Shown here piece by piece: positions 60,556 to 64,000 of a stretch of DNA of 64,000 nucleotides. The stretch is from an uncultured Acidobacteriota bacterium (lineage in GTDB: Bacteria; Acidobacteriota; Thermoanaerobaculia; UBA5066). The stretch is from the NCBI GenBank assembly GCA_963779415.1, contig CAVZYA010000001.1, forward strand, positions 1,024,001 through 1,088,000, in the 5' to 3' direction. Numbering within the stretch: the stretch's first letter is position 1; the number at the start of each line of letters is the position of its first letter. Made by a program: the position numbers and the translations under genes. Under the pieces are notes generated by a model. The model had not been told where the DNA came from. It did no database searches and saw only the letters and a program-made list of their open reading frames with translations.

Positions 60556-60763
60556 TGGAATCCGTAGAGTGTCAACTCTTTATTTCGAAAGGAATTCCCT
60601 GTCGATGACACTACATCCAGCCGAATCATCGCTGAGACACAAGAATAAATTAGTAAAAATGGTGAAATCTCCGAATAAAATTAGGCTGCTTCTGCTGGAA
60701 ACGTCTCCCGGGATCGCAGGGACTAGAATCTCCAAGGCCGCGGAAGCTCGCGCCTTACAGAGA

Positions 60764-61318
60764 ATGCCGCATTACCAGGACCCAGCGGACGCCGATCTCG
60801 GACGGCTTCCGGACAAGCTCCGGCGGTTCTTCCTGTCGCGCGGCGTCCGGACCGAGGACGACGCCAAGGATCTTTCGCAGGAGACACTTCTCAGGGTCTT
60901 CCAGCGGATGACGCGCGGCGAGATTCTCGATTCGCTCGAAGCGTATTCGCTCGGCGTGGCCAAGAACGTCTTCCTCGAGTATTGCCGGCGGATTGCCCGA
61001 ACGAGCCTTCACGACGGCATCAGCGGCGCGGTCCAGATCGCCGGCGGCGACGATCCCCTCTCCGACGCCCTCGTCTCCAGCCGGGCGCTCCGGTTCCGGC
61101 GGGCGCTCAACCTCCTCCCGGCCCGGATGAAGGCTCTTCTCGTCCGCCGCTTCGTCGAGGAAATTCCGTCCCGTGCGATTGCGAGGGAGGAAGGAATCTC
61201 GACCGACGCCGTCGACATGCGCGTCTACCGTGCCAAACGGGAGCTCCGGAAACGCATGGATGCCGAACCGCGCGCGAAGCCGCGAATGACGCGCGACGGC
61301 GGAGACGAGGCGCCGTGA
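60764..61318 (+). CDS. ECF RNA polymerase sigma factor
   Basis: DAKDLSQETLLRV region 2; region 4 LPAR..SRAIA..AVDMRVYRAKREL; ATG 60764. Confidence 0.88.
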   Translation: MPHYQDPADADLGRLPDKLRRFFLSRGVRTEDDAKDLSQETLLRVFQRMTRGEILDSLEAYSLGVAKNVFLEYCRRIARTSLHDGISGAVQIAGGDDPLSDALVSSRALRFRRALNLLPARMKALLVRRFVEEIPSRAIAREEGISTDAVDMRVYRAKRELRKRMDAEPRAKPRMTRDGGDEAP

Positions 61319-62100
61319 GCACCGCCCCTCCGACCGCCGGCGAGATCCGGGACTACCTCCTTCGCCGTCTTCCCGAGCCGCGCCGCGCGACGCTCGAGGA
61401 GCAGTATTTCCGGGACGACGGCGTCCTCGAGCGCGTCGAGGAGGCCGAGGACGATCTCGTCTCGGACTACGTTCTCGGACGTCTCGCTCCCTCGGACCGT
61501 GCCTCGTTCGAAGCCTCGCTCCTCGACTCTCCCTATTACCGGAACCGCGTCGAGACGACGACCCAGATCCGCCTCCGCCTGAATCACCTCGACGTCTTCC
61601 GGAAGGGAAAGCGTCCCGTCGCGAGCCGGCTCCTCGCGGGGCGGACGGGCGCCTTCATCGCCGCCTCGTTCCTCTTCGTCCTCTTCCTCGCGGCGCTCGT
61701 CTCGGCCATCCGACTCAAGGGCGATCTCGAGACGGCGACGCGCGCCCTCGCCGGGAAGACGGCCTCGGCGCCCGAGCGGGTCATCCTTCTCCCCGCCGGC
61801 CCCGGCGGTGCCGGGGTCCGCATTCGGCGGACGCTCCGCGAAAGCCTCGTCCTCGTCCTTCCCCGGCCGCTCCTTCCGGATGGAGTCCGGACGTGGCACG
61901 CCGTCCTTCGCCTCGGAGACCGGAAGGTCTGGGAGAGCGGTCCGCTCGCGGCCGGAGGTCCCGAAGACGGGGACCTCGCGCTTCGCCTCCCGGCCGGAGA
62001 GCCCGCTCCGGGGCACTACGAGCTTCTCGCCACCGCCGACGGGAACCCGGCCGCGCCGCTCATGGTGGCCGCGCTCGACGTCGTCGAGCCGCCGCTCTAG
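61315..62100 (+). CDS. Putative membrane anti-sigma factor
   Basis: GTGA-coupled to the ECF gene; duplicated DY(L/V)LG.L..R..(L/F)E helical N-domain, one TM, beta-rich C-domain. Confidence 0.7.
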   Translation: MSTAPPTAGEIRDYLLRRLPEPRRATLEEQYFRDDGVLERVEEAEDDLVSDYVLGRLAPSDRASFEASLLDSPYYRNRVETTTQIRLRLNHLDVFRKGKRPVASRLLAGRTGAFIAASFLFVLFLAALVSAIRLKGDLETATRALAGKTASAPERVILLPAGPGGAGVRIRRTLRESLVLVLPRPLLPDGVRTWHAVLRLGDRKVWESGPLAAGGPEDGDLALRLPAGEPAPGHYELLATADGNPAAPLMVAALDVVEPPL

Positions 62101-62723
62101 GCTCTCTCGCCCCGCGCCCGGAGCGCTTCGAGGAAGAGGTTGGCGAAATGCGCCCCGAGCTCCTCCGGCGAGGCTCCGCCGTCGGGCCGGTACCAGCGCC
62201 CGATCCAGTTGATCGCCCCGAGAATCGCGAAGGCGGTCAGCTTCGGATCCATAGGCCGGAAGAGGCCCGCGCGAATGGAAGCCGAGATCAGCTCCCGGAG
62301 GCCCCGGTCGTATCGGTCGCGTCCCGCGACGACGGCGGCGCGCGAGGCGGGGCGAAGGGCATCCAGCTCCAGCGCGAGGGCCGTCCCGTGAAACCTGTCC
62401 ACCTGGATCCGGACGTGCTCCTCGATCAGCCGCCGGAGCTTCTCGTCGGGCGGGAGATTCGAAGCACGCACCCTCTCGAGCGCCTCGAGCACACCGTCGA
62501 GGGCCACCGTGTGGCAGAGCGCGAGGATCTCCTCCTTGTCGCGGAAGTAGTAGTAGAGGCTTCCGCGCGTCAGATGCAGCGCGCGCGCGATCTCCTCCAT
62601 CGACGTGCCGTGGAATCCGCGCGATGCGAAGGCGCGGACCGCGCTCTCGAGAATCCGGAGGCGCTTGGCGTCACGCTTCTTCTGGACGTGCGCGGAAGGG
62701 CGGCGCGGAGCCGATGCCGTCAC
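62097..62723 (-). CDS. TetR/AcrR regulator (KstR2-like)
   Basis: ILESAVRAFASRGFHGTSMEEIA..GSLYYYFRDKEEI; GAINWIGRWYRPDG. Confidence 0.92.
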   Translation of the reverse strand: MTASAPRRPSAHVQKKRDAKRLRILESAVRAFASRGFHGTSMEEIARALHLTRGSLYYYFRDKEEILALCHTVALDGVLEALERVRASNLPPDEKLRRLIEEHVRIQVDRFHGTALALELDALRPASRAAVVAGRDRYDRGLRELISASIRAGLFRPMDPKLTAFAILGAINWIGRWYRPDGGASPEELGAHFANLFLEALRARGERA

Positions 62724-62762
62724 GGCATCGATCCTCTCACGCCCTCGGGGGGAAGATAGAGA

Positions 62763-62839
<77 letters not shown>

Positions 62840-62890
62840 ACGAGACAGACGGACGCGGAAGATACCATCCCGGGACCGCTTCGCGCCACC

Positions 62891-64000
62891 TCAGCGGGGC
62901 GGCGGCGCGAGACACTCCTCCACGGAAGCCGGCTGGCCCCCCCTTCGCGGATCGGCGACGCCGACGAGGGTCCCGTCCTTCTCGAAACCCGCGGCGTTCA
63001 CGGCGCCGAGACGGCCCCATGTGGCCGTCGGACTCCTCTCGTGGACCTCGTGTCCCCGCGCCCGGAGCGCTTCCTTCAGCGCTTCCGGAAAGACGCCACG
63101 CTCCACCTCGATCCGATCGGGGAGGTGCTGGTGGTGGATCCGCGCCGCGGCGACGGCCTCGGAGAGGGGCATGCCGAGAGGGCCGGCGTCGAGGAAGACC
63201 TGGAGAACCGACGAAGGGATCGTCGAGCCCCCCGGTGAGCCGAGGACGAGGCGCGGCCTGCCGCTCTCGAGGACGAGGAGCGGCGTCATCGACGAGGCCG
63301 GCCGCGCGCCCGGACGGACGGCGTTCGACTCGCCCTGCACGAGACCGAAGAGATTCGGAAGCCCCGGGTGGACGGCGAAATCGTCCATCTCGTCGTTCAA
63401 AAGGACGCCGACGCCCGGCACGACGTCCCCGTTTCCGAACGTTTCGTTCAGCGTGGTGGTCAACGCCACCGTTTCACCGTCGGCCGTCGCGACGGAAAAA
63501 TGGGTGGTGCTCGTGCCGCCGTCGGAGACGCCTCCGGGCCGGATCGACGAGGAGGGCGTCGCCTTCCGCGGATCGATCGAGGCCCCGAGCGCCGCGAGGC
63601 GGGCCGGGGCGAGGAGGCGCGCGAGGGGCATGGACACGCAGTCCGGGTCCCCGAGGAACTCGTTCCGGTCCGCGAACGCACGCCGTTCGGCTTCTGCGAT
63701 GAGGTGGAGGCGCGCGTCCGGAGGAAGAGCCTCGAGATCGCCCGCCGCCACCTCGAGCTGCGAGAGGATCGACTGGAGGAGGACGCCTCCCGCGGAGGGA
63801 GGCGGCATCGTGACGAGCCTCCAGCGCCGATAGTCGACGACGATCGGCGGGCGGAAAAGCGGCACGTAACCCGCGAGGTCCTCTTCCGAAAGGACACCGC
63901 CCGTCGCACGGACGCGGGCGGCGATTCGCCCGGCGATCGTCCCGCGGTGGAAGGCGTCCGGACCGCTTGCGGCGATCGCCGCGAGGGTCTCGGCCAGCTC
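62891..64000 (-). CDS. ggt: Gamma-glutamyltransferase (5' end beyond window)
   Basis: PPPSAGG, AFADR, TTHFSV nucleophile, LLNDEMDDF, RPASSMTP, GSPGGSTI, ADPR. Confidence 0.95.
   Translation of the reverse strand, partial: ELAETLAAIAASGPDAFHRGTIAGRIAARVRATGGVLSEEDLAGYVPLFRPPIVVDYRRWRLVTMPPPSAGGVLLQSILSQLEVAAGDLEALPPDARLHLIAEAERRAFADRNEFLGDPDCVSMPLARLLAPARLAALGASIDPRKATPSSSIRPGGVSDGGTSTTHFSVATADGETVALTTTLNETFGNGDVVPGVGVLLNDEMDDFAVHPGLPNLFGLVQGESNAVRPGARPASSMTPLLVLESGRPRLVLGSPGGSTIPSSVLQVFLDAGPLGMPLSEAVAAARIHHQHLPDRIEVERGVFPEALKEALRARGHEVHERSPTATWGRLGAVNAAGFEKDGTLVGVADPRRGGQPASVEECLAPPPR

Noticed and set aside
60569-60763. 65-aa N-terminal extension of the ECF sigma factor
   Set aside because: AT-rich promoter-like DNA with atypical codons; sigma-like sequence starts near ATG 60764.

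Overview
High-GC bacterial chromosome segment made up mostly of core genes. Gene content and style suggest Acidobacteriota, Thermoanaerobaculia-like (inference). Left to right: a partner-switching signalling operon (MASE2 hybrid kinase, RsbW-like, STAS, patatin, REC-PP2C); rplI-DUF2232-rpsR-rpsF; pth-rplY-prs-tRNA-Gln-ispE-lipoprotein-TPR; a B12 acyl-CoA mutase; a Ser/Thr kinase-FGE-hydrolase fusion; an asd-lysC-dapB-dapA-dapD-lysA-like operon; a 2-oxoacid dehydrogenase E1a/E1b/E2 with lipB and lipA; ferredoxin, cytochrome c and Lon-N; a Ycf46-like AAA+ ATPase divergent from a pentapeptide protein; a Gld-like ABC cluster; amidase-gatA-gatC; a degenerate kinase, a tRNA nucleotidyltransferase and a PilT-like ATPase; M61 peptidase, lexA, argRCBDGHJ, an ECF sigma/anti-sigma pair, TetR, tRNA-Pro and ggt. 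No transposase, phage or CRISPR was seen. Many single-base frameshifts, including in gatA and lysA, look like assembly errors. Best leads: (1) an unannotated 26-codon Thr/Ile/Lys-rich leader peptide with promoter, terminator and antiterminator upstream of the asd-lys operon; (2) an in-frame palindromic insert in dapB whose 15-bp arm motif recurs inside lysA and lipA; (3) a PilT with a coiled-coil tail behind an internal in-frame RBS; (4) an rssAB-like patatin/PP2C pair inside a partner-switch operon; (5) a LolB-position lipoprotein.
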